64,000 nucleotides of DNA. It comes from Felis catus (Eukaryota). The DNA is taken from positions 159,466,001 through 159,530,000 of the forward strand of contig NC_058368.1 of NCBI RefSeq assembly GCF_018350175.1, written 5' to 3'. Below the pieces are notes generated by a model. The model saw nothing but the letters and a program-made list of their open reading frames with translations. It had not been told where the DNA came from and searched no databases. The position numbers and the translations under genes are program-made. Below are positions 38,650-51,624 of this stretch, piece by piece. Position 1 is the first letter of the stretch, and the number at the start of each line of letters is the position of its first letter.

Positions 38650-39660
38650 TAAGGACTCTCAGTCAGGTGTTACCACATGTGGTCTTTCTTCTGGCCTGGG
38701 TTTCTCTTGCTCTTAGGGTGTTGCGTTCTGCTGAAACTTTGCATCTTGCTTCTTAAAGCAGAGGTTGGCCTGATGTTGCCTATTTCTTCTTGTATCGAGG
38801 GACTTACAATTATTTGTGAAAAATCTTCAGCCTCTCCATCTATGACTGGTTCACTCTAGAGAGTAACAGTCTTTCTGCAGTAATTCACTACGTGCTCACC
38901 ACAAAATCCTGTTTGCTCCCCGAGACCTGCTTTCCTTTCTCCCTTTGTGATTTTGTTAGAGACTCTCTCTCTCCCTCTGCTTTCAGTCTGTGTCTCGTGT
39001 GCCACTGTTGTCCATTCGCCTGCCCCACAGAAATGTGAGGTGTGTCGTGCACTGTGCCTTCTGGGCTGGAAGAGGAAGTTCCGGGCTGATGACAGAGAGG
39101 CAGTAATTCCAGTATCCATCCCACGCAACACAATATCTGTCCTTCTGTGCTGCAACGCTCCAAGGGTTTGGATTCCCAACCAATTAAGATCCCAGCAGGA
39201 AACTGATGCCACACAGCCTGGAGTAATTTGTAATGACTCTAATAAAGGAAATATTTGCAAATATATGGTCAGAAAGTAAGGGAATCCCCAAGTGGAGTGT
39301 AGTACTAAAGGGCTAATAATGTGGGCCGGGTGGGCCTGCAGGAGCAAGAGGAGAGAGCAGTTACTGTGATTTGGAGAAGGCTGACTGACAGGGGCTGTAG
39401 TCTTTGGTCACACATGCGGGCTGTGGCAATGACATGCAGGGAGGAAGCAGAATGGATTCATACCTCCCACCTGTCAGAGAGCAAGGAAGTCTATCCATGT
39501 GACTGCAGAGACTGGGGCACAGCAGTACAGAGAGGGCTGCAGTGTGAGCAGCAGATGGAGGACATCCAGCACATACAGTTACAGCACCCCACCCCTTCGG
39601 TCAGCACTCACACCTCACAGGTGGATTGTCCCAAATCAAAATACTCAGAAAAGTGATGTT
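38650..39660 (-). promoter_or_regulatory. Candidate non-CpG-island promoter / 5'-UTR exon region of an unidentified gene
   Basis: About 1 kb repeat-free block with raised GC and CpG; ETS-like ggaagttccgg, CCAAT, GA-rich tract; minus-strand splice-like sites (acceptor ctctctcctcttgctcctgcag near 39337; donor gtg|gtaaca near 38673); (TG)n at about 39908-39950. Confidence 0.4.
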
Positions 39661-41644
39661 ATAAACTATGAAAGCTAACTGGAATCCAAGTAATCAATCA
39701 TTTAATCACTAAAAAAAAAACAAAACAAACAAGCAAAAAAAACCTCTAAGCACATGAAGAAATTGATGTTTGCCCATCCTATAGTGCCATTTCTAAGACA
39801 GGAAACCAGACCTCCCAACCTACAATCAATGTAAAATATTCTCATTTTAGAAGCAAAAAGAAATCTAAAATGGCAAATGGATGTTAGTCCATGTTGCAGT
39901 ATGTGGGGTGTGTGTGTGTGCGTGTGCACATATGTGTGTGTGCATATGTGTAGGTCTCTCTCAGTCAGTAGATAGAGATAAATGAGTCGATATCAATATA
40001 GATATTTATCAAAGCTGGAGTGTCAGAAAGCACGGATGACCTTTCAGTAGGTGCCACCAAAATGCACAGGCAGAATTTCAAAAGTTTAGCAGAGTTCCAT
40101 TTAATCACCACAAACATACTATATGAATTCAGGGCATGGGGATATTCTTCTTTTTCAGTTGAATATCTTTATACTTCAAATTCAGTCCACGTTTCTAGTA
40201 ATTTTCTCTCCTTTATAACATTTAAAACAATATTATTATCACATCCTTATTTCTATCCCATCAAAAAATTTTGACTTGAATATAATTGCTTCTAGTCTTT
40301 AGAAGTCTGAATTATTTGCATAACTCAAAAAGCATCTTATTTATTTGCTACTCTTGGAAAATAGTTATTAACATGTTATTACATTTTTCAGAAAACTTCA
40401 AAACTAATCACCATGTTTTATAAGTTTAAATGTGTGAGGTGGGGACATTTATGAACTATGTTAAAACCTAAAAAAAAAAGAACACTTGAAATGTTATTAC
40501 CTTTACTTGGCAACACACAGTTGTTACTATAAATATAAATTATTAAACTGTGATCAAATTCCCCTTTAAGTAGAAGGAGAAGAGCTATTTGTCTCTACAT
40601 GAAATAATTCCAAGTTATTGTGGGTTTTTTGAGTTTTTATATCTACCCTGTATAGATATTTGGCCTTCTGACGCATTTCTACGTCACGAAATATCACATT
40701 TTATTGTCAGGCTACCTGATTCTTGCATCACCTTCTTCACAAACTAATACCACCAATTTAATTATGCATTTATTCAGTCAACAGTATTTATTGAATATAT
40801 TCTAAGGAAACTTCGAGGAAACACATTGAATCAATATAAGCCATTTTCCAACAAAATTGTCCAAAGATAAAATAAACTGCCTCAAAGTATATAAATTTCC
40901 CATCACCGGGTATTTGGATACACCAAGCCATCAGCAGCAATGTCAAAAAAGAGATTTTAGTATGACAAAGGCATGTTGTCAGAAAGGCAAATTTGTGCTA
41001 TTTTTCCAAACATGAGATGCTATAATTCTAGCTATAATTATCACAAGATCTACCCTATCTTACTGCCATAGACTTAGTCTACTTTCCTAGCTTTTACATT
41101 GCAATTTAGCAATGCCTGAAATACAAGTATGAGATTGTTTAAGATGGTTTTCAGCTATTACAAGTTGAGTAGCTTTCAGCTATTACAAGCTATCTGTTCA
41201 GAAGTTAAGTGATACTATATGTTATTCAAGAAATATTTCATATTTTTTACTCTGCTAATAAATCTTATTTTACTCACTATTCGATCCCAGAAAAAATACT
41301 CAAGAGCAATAGTGTTTTGATGATCAGGTGTTTGCTCTTGATCACAATAGTGTTTTGTTTGATTCAAAACCTAAATTAAATTCTAAAGAGAAGCCCCCAG
41401 TTAGTCAAATCACAATTCAACACTTCCATAAATGTATGACTGACTATCGAGGAAAAGGTTGTCGACCTCCATTTTCTGTGCTTGTGAAAAGATATGACTT
41501 CTTTTCCCACAAAATTTTCTTATTCAGTTGCTTGTCAGAATTATGGATATGTGATGAGCCCTAAGAGTGAGAAGGCATCATGTAAAATAGGACTTACCTT
41601 GGTGTAAGAAGCTAGAAAACCATGTATTGGACTCCAAATGGGAT

Positions 41645-42580
41645 CATTCAGGATCATTCACTCCACAGTGACTATGGGGTACCCATCTCGGCCAGGCACT
41701 CTTCCAGCATAGACAATTCATCATTGAAAAAAACAGGCAAAAATCTCTGCCCTCAAAGAGTTTGGGTTTTAGGCAACAGAGTAGAAAATAAGCAAGAAAA
41801 TAAACGAGGTAATTTTTTAAAATTTAGTATGTATTATTTAGTAATACTAGTGCTAGAAATAAAGTGCTAGAAATAAAAACCAAAAGCAGAGAAAGAGGAT
41901 AAATGTGTGTCTCTGTATGTTACATGCTCAGGGGAATGCCAAAATTTTAGTTATGCTGCCTAGTATATATGTCACCAAAAGAGTGACTTTTGAGTCGAGA
42001 CTGATTAAATGAAAGATTAGCCCCATGGTTATCTGGGGGGAAAAGCATCTGAGACATAAAGAAGATGAAGTATGAAGGACCTGAAACAGACCTTCCTAAC
42101 AGCATATTTGAGGCATAGCAAAGAGGCCAGTATGGCTGGAGCACATAAAGTAAGGCAGCATGGTAGGTCACATGGTTGAATCATGTAAGGTTTCATGGTC
42201 AGAGTACGAACATTTGCTTCTACACAGAGTGAGATAAGATGTCACTGGGGACCTCTGAATGAAGGAAAAACATGATCTGGCTATGTTTACACAGTGTCAC
42301 TCTGGCTGCTCGATTGAGAATAGACTAAAGGGAGATGAGGTGGAATGAAGGAATGCTAGCTAGTAGGTATAATATTGATGCATGGGCAGGATAATGGTAC
42401 TTGGACCAGGGGAATAGTAGTGGAAGTGGTGAGAAGTGGTTGAATTATTCCACGCATTTTTGAAAGCACTGCTGACAGATCCAATGTGAAGAATGAGCAT
42501 CAGCATGAGTTCAAAGATGATACCAGGCTTTTTTGGCCTGAGCAAGTAAGAATGAGACTTCTTCATTAACTGAGACTACA
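41645..42580 (-). mobile_element. L2 (L2a-like), about 0.9 kb
   Basis: ccaggcactc…ctctgccctcaaagag, ggccagtatggctggagc, catgatctg…tcactctggctgct…gagaatagact, tttttggcctgagcaa. Confidence 0.85.
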
Positions 42581-43099
42581 TCAGGACCTGAAACTTAATT
42601 TGGTTGACATTGAATCATCAGTGTCAGGCATCAAGATCCCATCAAACTGAGGATAATCCAAAATATACGTCAGCATGTTATATGTTTTAATTTATTTTAA
42701 AAAAAAGTGGCAAAGTAGACTCATGTAAACCAATGGGTACTACACAGTCAACAGGATGAAACAGAAAATAATGGCTATGGGGGAGAATTTGTAATGAAGC
42801 AAAACGACTAGTGATCTTTACCTCAACATGTAATTATGAACATTGCCACTTAGGCAGACTAAAACGTTTGATTAAAATTAGCTATTTTATTTCCAATTAG
42901 TTCCCCATCAGTTAGACTTTTTCGACTGTCCATTTCCCAGCATTAACAAACATGCTTCACTAAATCTTTGCATGCATTCTAGACCATGTGTATAAAAAAC
43001 ATTCCACTATGTAATTCTTGGCTTAGACTAAGGGTTCACTCTGGGGAAGTTATAACTAATATGGTCACTTTTTTCCCCCTGGCTCTCTTTCTATGTCTT

Positions 43100-43200
43100 T
43101 TTTTTTTTAAGTATAGTTGACATACAGTATCAATTCCCAGAGTACAGCATAGTGATTTGCCATTTGTGTACACTCTGAAGTGATCACTGTGAAAAGTCTA
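43100..43200 (-). mobile_element. Short L1 3'-end fragment (L1MA9/L1_Carn-like)
   Basis: T tail then aagtatagttgacataca…gtacagcatagtgatt…gtgatcac. Confidence 0.7.
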
Positions 43201-44394
43201 AAACACTTTTCTGATTACTACCAAGCCATTTAACTGGTACGTGTAAAGTAAAATAAAAGCACTTACAAAGTGGTTTAGACTAATTTGGTGGCTGTGAAGT
43301 ATTCAGAACACTTAGGTTGAAGGGCATCTCAGGAGGGCAAATGATGCTCCTTTTATTTTAACTGCCTGAGTTAAGCTCTCCAACATCTTGTAATGCTATT
43401 CTATTTCCTGTCACTGGTAAAGATTTATCACAATGAATCTGGTGAGATAATCCCTGGAATAGTAATAGTCATTATGAAGCAGTTTCATTGAAATGTGTTA
43501 CAGAACGGTGACCACTTATTTCTATTTGTTGCCAACAAATACATGAGTCTTTAATTGACTGAACGACAATAACACATTTCTCCTTCCTTCCCTCAGCACA
43601 ATCTGTTCTGATTAGGGGAAAAATTATTAACAGTGTTCCGTGGTGTCATGCTCCACTGGAATACAACACTGGAAACAATAAGATGTAGGCCTCTTCTCCA
43701 CTGGAGGAGATATTCTGTCTTCTTTTTATTGCTTTTGCTTGCTTAAAACATCGCTCGTTATTAATGTCACACTTGGGATCATGGTGACCTCTCTACAACT
43801 CTTCCAGCAGATGCAGCCAGGCTATGACAAAAACAAAATCTCAAACACAGGAGTATAATTCTATTTTGCATACAGAACAGCTGGGTATTAACTGCTTCAA
43901 AAGATTCCAAGTGTTCGCCACTTCAAGAGAAACCTCTCTCTGAAGGAAATGCCTCCGTGTGTTATGATTGGTGAAGTGGCCGAGCTGCTCTAAATGAGAT
44001 GGATTCTGGACTGCAACCTTCCTCCACAACTTTCTCCACCAACTGCCTCGGGCCCAAAGCTTCCTGTTGGTTTCACATTTGCTCTCCATTTATTTCATTT
44101 CTTGAATTTCACTCCTAGGGCCAAAATTACATTTTTGTCTTTTGGGGCTAGAATCGATTCACTTTTTCTCCCTTTCCAAGCATGTTTCATTAAAACACAA
44201 TGTTGATATACCTCCATGAGGGAATTAAATCTGTCCTCTACAAATTAAAGTGAAAATGCGAGATGGGACTGCTGCTGGCCTACTGAGTCTTCTTAACGTC
44301 CCTTCTATCTCACTCTTCTTTGCAAACATGAATTGAAAAGCTTCTCTGAAATAACAGTTCCTGTATATGTTCCCGGGTATACAGATGCCAAAGG

Positions 44395-44790
44395 GAGTAT
44401 TCAATAAATATGCACTGGACTCCTACTTTATATGAGACATTATGGTAGGTGCTAAGGTAAATACTGAAAGGTATCAGAATGCCTCCTGTCCTGAGAGACC
44501 TCCAATGTATTGGAAAGTCTGAGAAAAATAAGTCAACAATGGCATTACAAGGGCATTCTGGGTGCTGGTGAAGTGAGATTAAATCCGTAGAGATCATAGC
44601 TTATTTAAAGCACATTATAATATTTTATACACTTTCACATTTGATCTGCATGATAGCTCTTTGCTGTCATTAGAGCATGTGCTACTATCCCTGTTTGGCA
44701 AACAAAAAAACCAAGTCACAGCGCCTTACTTGCAGAGTAACTACTAGCAGAAACAAGTTCTCCTGAATCTTTTGTGTATGCTGTTTAAAG
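44395..44790 (-). mobile_element. L2 3' fragment followed by MIR fragment
   Basis: attcaataaatat…cctact…; cactttcacatttgatctgcatgatagc…aaccaagtcacag. Confidence 0.5.
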
Positions 44791-44891
44791 TAGATAGATA
44801 AAAGATTCTCCTGGACCTCAAACTACAGCCCTGTCACCTTCATTCTATAAGTTTTTCATTATTATTGGAATTTGAAACAACTCTGTATTAA

Positions 44892-45298
44892 TATCTTAGT
44901 TCTTTTTCCCTGGGAAACAGGCTGTGAGACAGATAAATACATGCAAAGGTTTGATGGGGCATACCCTTGGGATCAACATCTGTAAGGCAATGAGAGAAAC
45001 AGGAGCTGGCAGAAAGAGGAGTTGAATTTAAATGCAGTTGCTACAGGCAGTTCTGATGCTCCTTCTTCAAAGCTGTTCCCTGTTGAGGCAGCGGTGTTGA
45101 GTCTTTATGCCGCCTCATCTACCAGTCATCGAACGCAAGATGCTCTGTAGAGACTGAGCCTTGGTCAGGAAACTTTTTATAGCTACTGCGATTCCCAGAA
45201 AGGTATTCAGCTGTGAGTAGCCTGCAGCCAGTTACTAGAGAAGTGAGCAAACTTTTTAGAAGTCAAGGTCTAGCTGGTGCCTCACAATCTCTGCTACA
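44892..45298 (-). mobile_element. ERVL LTR, LTR33-like
   Basis: ttccctgggaaacaggctgtgagac…gggatcaacatctgt…gttgaatt…atgcagttgc…accagtcat…tcagctgtgag…ctaca. Confidence 0.75.
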
Positions 45299-45299
45299 G

Positions 45300-45670
45300 C
45301 TAGTCAAGAGAGGCTAGGTTAATGCTATGAAAACCAATTAAGCTCAAGATGCCAGTGACAACACAATACAGGTTTGTTTCTTGCTCACAGGACATATCCA
45401 ATGAACATTAGGCATTAGCTTTCTTGGGCAGCTGTCCTCAGGGCAGTGGCTCAGTGATCTCTTTTTGTTTCTTACCATTTCCACACATGGTCTCCACAAT
45501 TATGCAGGGCTTTTTACTGCCTCATTATGAAAGTGACATGTCACTTCTACACATGGCTTGTAGACTAGAATTGGTTACAGATCCCTGAAAGAGGACTGGG
45601 AAATGTGTGCTTTTTTGTTCCTAGAAAGGAGAGAACCAAATGAGGATCAATGTTAGAAGTCTCTCCGTAC
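45300..45670 (-). mobile_element. MaLR LTR, MLT1K/L-like
   Basis: tagtcaagagaggctaggtta…aacacaatacaggtttgtttcttgctcac…aagtgacatgtcacttct. Confidence 0.65.
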
Positions 45671-45825
45671 ACTCTTTTTGGATACCAGAATAAATTACAC
45701 TAAAACATTAAAACATCAGGTAATTAATTAGTAAGTACTTCCTGATCATGGTAACAGTGATGCATTATAAGTTTTGACAAGTAGTATAGCAGGACAACAA
45801 AGCATTAAAAATTTAGATGGGAGCT

Positions 45826-46041
45826 GGGGCACCTGGCTGGCTCAGTCAGTTAAGGGCCCGACTTCAGCTCAGGTCATGAACTCATGGTTCACGAGTTCGA
45901 ACCCAACTGTGTCAGCTGTGCTGACAGCTCAGAGCCTAGAGTCTGCTTCAGATTCTGTGTCTTCCTCTTTCTCTGCCACTCCCCTGCTTGCACTTTTTTT
46001 CTCTCTCTCTCCCTCTCAAAAATAAATAAACATTTTTTTTT
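45826..46041 (+). mobile_element. Can-SINE
   Basis: Canonical body; TSD aatttagatgggag at 45810-45823 and 46042-46055. Confidence 0.95.
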
Positions 46042-46729
46042 AATTTAGATGGGAGAAAAGATGATCCCATTGGCAAAATAAAAGAAAGTAATCAAGGCAG
46101 ACGTAATTGAGAGTTACATTGTTAGCCTAAATACTGTAAGAATGTAGAAGACATACATCAAAGAGAAGTAAGGAAAGACTTCACAAAAAAAACAAAAATT
46201 GAGTTAGGCCTGAAAACTAGAAACCTTATAGAGAGAAGAGCAGTTTGCCTCCACAGTGAGAATAAGGTCTGCATCATGATCAATCTAAGAATTTTTAGAT
46301 GGTTCTTTGTTCTGAAAGTCTCATGTTTTCAAGGATATTCTGCCCTAATTAGTGCAAAATCATTCCTTAACATGAGGGAGAGCTGATAAATGACAAAACA
46401 ACCTCTCACAAACCAAGAAACAAGTTGTTGAACAACAAAAATCAGTGAGGTGCAAATGTGCACATAACAGAAAGCACTTTGCTAAAATTGTCTGTTGAAT
46501 TCTTACTATTTCAAGACCCAAATTAAGCTGCTAAAGTCATTGGTGCCTGTAGTGCTCATCCCCGAACACCATCTGACTTCACCCCTTGAGTAATTCATGG
46601 CATGATCTAATGCTACTCCCTAAAGGATCCCCCCCAAAATGAAGCAGTCTAATCTTTTTGATGGCTTTTTAAAAGACTTATCTCAGAATATGTAGTAAAA
46701 CTTCATACACTCATTTTTGTTGAGGAAAG

Positions 46730-46950
46730 AGAGCTGAAACATGCACCTGCTGTGTTTCAATTATGTCACATGTTCTCTCACTTAATCCTCACAGTCCCTG
46801 AAGTTGAACAAGTTTATCCCAAATGCCAATTTTATATGTGATGATATTGAGGTTTAGAGAGTTTACATCGCTTTCCCTAAGGCTAGAGTTAGTTACATTG
46901 CTTGCCCAAATGTAATTCAAATCTATGTCTGAGATTCCTCCTCTTTTCAC
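46730..46950 (-). mobile_element. MIR
   Basis: tctcacttaatcctcaca…ttttatatgtgatgatattgaggtttagagagtt. Confidence 0.7.
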
Positions 46951-47700
46951 CATGAAATCCCAAGTAAAGTCAGTAATTCTATCAAATTTAGCCTACACAG
47001 GACCCCAGAATTATTGCAGAATTTTGCATGAGGTGAACCCTGTTTTGAATTTTAAAGTAATTCAATTGCTAAAGTTCTCTAAGTGTTTGCACCATATGTC
47101 AATCCTAGGCCATGGACTCTCGGAAACCACATTATGGAAGCTCAGACATAATTCACTCTGTGGTTGTCAACATTTACTCCATATTAATAATCTGTAAGAA
47201 ATTAAGCTAAAACCACCCAATCTGTGGGCTTATTCCTTCAGCTGTTTCTGACCTGAGCCATACTCATGGCAATGACCATAAGATTGACCATGCTGTGTTC
47301 TATTCTCACCCTACTGGATAATGCAGGTCCTTTTGAACACTTTGAAAACCACATGCTTTCAAAGCATCTGCCCACATTACTATGCAACAGCAGTTTTCAA
47401 TGGACCATGCTTGAGATGAATGGAACTCAGGATATGTCTATCACATACAGCAAGGCACTAGAGATTAATGAGACCAGATGTTCTTAGGAGTCCTGGGGAA
47501 AAAGCAATGGAATGTTGCTCTGCTTTTACTATTGACTTTCACCCTCTCTCATGTTTGCTGGAATAGACAGTATAGCTTAATCAAGTACATAAGCAAAGCT
47601 GCTCCAAATAATTCAGAAAGTATTATATTTGAGTTGCTAGGTGACCATATAAACAGTCTGGGACCCCAGCGGGACATTCCAATAATCTGTTTATCAGTTA

Positions 47701-47758
47701 AATAAGTAAGTAGGTAAGTAAGTAAGTGAGTAAGTAAATAAATAAATAAATAAATAAA
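47701..47758. repeat. Compound (AAGT)n(AAAT)n repeat
   Basis: Directly visible. Confidence 0.9.
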
Positions 47759-49257
47759 CATATAACATGGGCAATCAACAACAAACAATAATTTAAGAGG
47801 AGAAATGACCCAAGTGACACCAAAAATGTAAAATTTTAGAAACTCCGTATGTGTTGGAGAGAAGAGAAAGACAAGGCATTAAAAACAAAACTGCAGACGA
47901 ATTTGAATTTTGAGCTAAAGTAATAAATGATCCCAAGCACTGATTTTGTTCTTTATAGAGATCCTTTGGTAAACACCACTGTATTTGACCTTGCCCTTGA
48001 CAAGATGGCCTATCCAGAAATTCTTAGCGAGAGGCATCTCACTCCTAAAGCTCCAGTTCCATCAAAAATAAGGCAAGCCACAAAAGTGCTGAGTCAGAGA
48101 AGCTATCAACACTTGTCTTTCAGTCTCCTGCACAGCCTAGAAGCCAAAGGGAAGACTAAGTGGATGAGGGGGAAATGCAATCATCCCTCTCACCAAGCCA
48201 TCAAAATCCCCTCTGTGGTAATCACTGGGAAGCTGCTGGGAAAAAAGACATTTAATCTAAATGTAAAATGGAACGTACTGCTGACCGTCCCGGCTTCAGT
48301 CCACTGAGGAGAAACATGTCATCTTCTTACCTTTTCCTTCCCTGGAAATGAATCTGTGTGTTCAGCTTTGAAACTCATCAGCACACCCCTGTTTTCACTT
48401 TCCCCACAATAGATAAGAAATCTGTAATTTTGACTGAGAACGAGCACCTTGCAGACATGATGATTTGTGTCAGATAATGCAATTGGTTCCAACAGTGTGA
48501 TGTGAGATCAGAAGCAATGTGAACAATCAGTCTGCAAAACAGTATGTCTTCAGGTCCAGTGCTGTCTGTCACTGCATACAGAAAACAGCTTATGCATAAA
48601 ACAACTCTGACCACAGATAACCAGCTCCAACTATGATGTTCATTTGTTGATGCATCATATGATAGTTGCCTCAAAACAGAGAAGTGGGCCGACAAGGAGT
48701 CTACGTTTTCTGTGTGAAGAAGTTTTGGGATATTAGTATGTATTAGAAAGGGAAAGTACATCTGCAATTGAGGGGGCAGCTTCTCTGCTCAACTTCACAA
48801 CAATGTTAGGAAATTCATCTACTTTTTCTGCAAATACAACTTTTTTTTATCTAAAATGTTGCTTTACCCTGTCACAAGAACTAAGTCACTAAAACTTTTT
48901 ATATTCTCTCTCTCTTCTCCTTAATAAAAGAAGTTTTCCCTGAAGGAAGTCTTTCCCCCATTCTGTGGCTTCCTATCATGAAGTTACCTTGGTGTGACAA
49001 GCTTGAATCCTATCCACTTACTTGAGACGTGATAGATACTGGTACAGTTGAATAGAATGAACTAGGCCCAGTGGGCTCAGCATCTCCTCATCATGGAACT
49101 GAGTAGCCTGCAGAGGGCCGATGCATTCTTCTGATGCTCTGTTCTTACTCTAATCTGGGCCAGTCTGTCTACATGCAGAAGACTAACCTGAACGAAAAAG
49201 ATTCCATGGCTGTGAAAACAACTCCTCTCTACACTCTCTCCCATTCTTTCTCTTTCC

Positions 49258-49259
<2 letters not shown>

Positions 49260-49307
<48 letters not shown>
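49260..49307. repeat. Perfect (TG)n microsatellite
   Basis: Directly visible. Confidence 0.97.
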
Positions 49308-49308
<1 letters not shown>

Positions 49309-50134
49309 TGTGTTTTTTCATCCCCCATCTCACTGGCTTTCCCACAGGCAGAAGGAATTCTCTGCAATGCCTTCAGGATCAAGTGTATCAAATGTCATGT
49401 CCAGCACTCCTATGATATTAAGGGTGGGTAATCCTAGGGTCCAATATTAGAAAATTAATTTGCTTTTCACACTAAGCCACATCTTGCAACTTACCTTGAT
49501 CAGTAACATAGGTAATATTTAGATTTCTTATCTGGCTAAAACTGTATTAAAATGTCAGATACAAAATTTGTGACTTTGATGAATGATATCCCAGTATATG
49601 TGGTCACATGCATTAGTTCTTTAAATTTGCTTTGCTTTGCTGCCCTTCAGACCATCAAACAGAGAACAACATGAATTGGTGCTGGACTCACTGACCTCTA
49701 AATAGGATGGCTGTTTAATTCAAACCAGAAAACATTGAAGAGTTATGGGGGTAGGAGGTGAGTTAACAATGCCACTATAACAAATGCCATACACCAGGGA
49801 TATTCCAGGAAATAGGACCTATTGGACCCTGCTTATATGGGACTCTCCAAACCAAAATTCAATGTATTTGTCCTTTTTGCCTTATATTTTTTCTCTCCTC
49901 TGAAGGAATTTCTAATGCAGCAGGATACCTTAAATGAGAAGCTCTGTTAGCTCTGTTAGTTTTATTAACTCAATGCCGTTTTACATAGATTAAAATATCT
50001 ACACCACATCTATGTCCATGCATTTGTTTCTGTCCCTCACTTTTCTCTATGAAAATTCCCTAATTCCCTAGTGAATACTTTACTTGCTAAGAGGAGCATT
50101 TTAAAGGCAGGAGTTCCCATGCAATATCAATATA

Positions 50135-50609
50135 CAGCTCTCTCCCCATCTGAAAGTAGAGTGTTCCTATGAAATCTTTCATAAGCTCAAATGGAGTAAA
50201 GTACAGAAACATTTACCATTTATTCAATGTGAGCATTCAGACTCAAAAAATAACCCCTTTTAGGCTTTTTTGATACCTTTAGACACATCTTGCTAATGGA
50301 TACATAAAATAAATTGAGATAAAGCACAGATGCTCACAGACACAGCTCAAAGTTTTGGAGGCTTGTTGCTGAGTATAGTTCCCAGGAAAGAAGTTTGACA
50401 GTGATATTCTTGTTGCCCGGGAGAAGGTGGCCTCAATAACAACTCACTGCACTAGAAACATTCAGCACTATTTTTGCTTCTCGCCTATTTTTGTGGTAAA
50501 AGTGAAAATTCTGTCAGATTTCTTTCATTAGTGAAGACAGACACTAATGTAAGTCTTTCATAAAAGCAGAGTAGTGTAATACAAACTTTTGAATAGTGGG
50601 GGATACCTA
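50135..50609. mobile_element. TcMar-Tigger-like non-autonomous DNA element
   Basis: Degenerate terminal inverted repeats (ta-cagctctctcccc…gaaagt / actttt…gggggatacc-ta) with TA flanks; subfamily uncertain. Confidence 0.6.
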
Positions 50610-51624
50610 TAACTGAGGCCCAAATTGCTTTGTGATCATCATTATCTGGAAAGCTGTCTCAGTTCCCCACTCCATCTTGAAGTTAACGTAACTATCAAGT
50701 GTGATTTTGAGAATATCAGTTCCCATTATTCCCATCATTCCCAAAGAGACAATGTCATGAATCCTTGCTCCCCTGAAGAGTTGCATTTTGATAAAGTGGA
50801 CTTCAATATTACTTGAGGTCTTAAAAGTCCTAAAAGATGTATTAGAAATTCAACTCCAGGGTATTTCCACCAAACAATTAATGTTTTGTAGCACAAGACT
50901 GACAAGAGTTCCCCTTTTATGTCAGGAAAGCAAAAGCAATGAGGATTCTAGGGCAATGGCATATTATTTCATTTTCCTTTCCCTCTCAGGAGACTCAATT
51001 TACTTAGAAAATTTCTAGGGTATCTGAAACTCATAAAAGTTATTTTCTGCTATCAATGACGTTCCAATTCTCTCTTCTAAGAAAAGGTTGGTATCTTTTA
51101 AAAAGAAAAAAAAAAGACTTTATATTTTCATGTCGTTGAGAAAATTTACCTTATTTCATAAAAATAAGAGTTGTAAGCCTACATAAAGGTTGGTAATCTA
51201 ATGATTTCCTCCATCCTTTGGATGAGGAAGAAATAGTTTGGATAGAAATATTGTTTTTACATTGAATTAAAGCTGTAATACCAATGTGTAAAGGCAGATT
51301 GTTTGGATTCTGAAGAACTGATATGCTGTGGGATGAAACAAATCTGTCTTTAAAATTATTTCCCCATCCCCTATGAAAATTTATTTTCTAGATAAATTAT
51401 AAGCAACATCATTTGACTTATCTAGCATCAAAACCTTATCTGATGGAGAAGAGTAGCAAAATTAAAAATAAGGTATATAAAATTTGTCCTGGCTCAGTTC
51501 TCTCCATATTTTCCCCTGCAACAAGATTATCATTTTATTTCTTCTCTTTATTGACACCATTTCATATTTTATCTGATTTTAAGGAATAATTATAAGCATA
51601 AAAGTGAAACTTCTGGCAACTTAA

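Noticed and set aside
38856..39347. Longest ORF in the window (163 aa, minus strand) and overlapping ORFs
   Set aside because: Non-ATG start, no recognisable domain; long open frames on both strands reflect local GC content
21377..40327. Identical 15-mer tatttgcataactca (octamer motif) at 21377 and 40313
   Set aside because: A few exact 15-mer matches are expected by chance in 64 kb of AT-rich DNA
43841..44089. ORF starting MESK, like the FGF12 short-isoform N-terminus
   Set aside because: Only four residues match, and the next base is T (atggagagcaaat) rather than the G needed to begin Glu; coincidence
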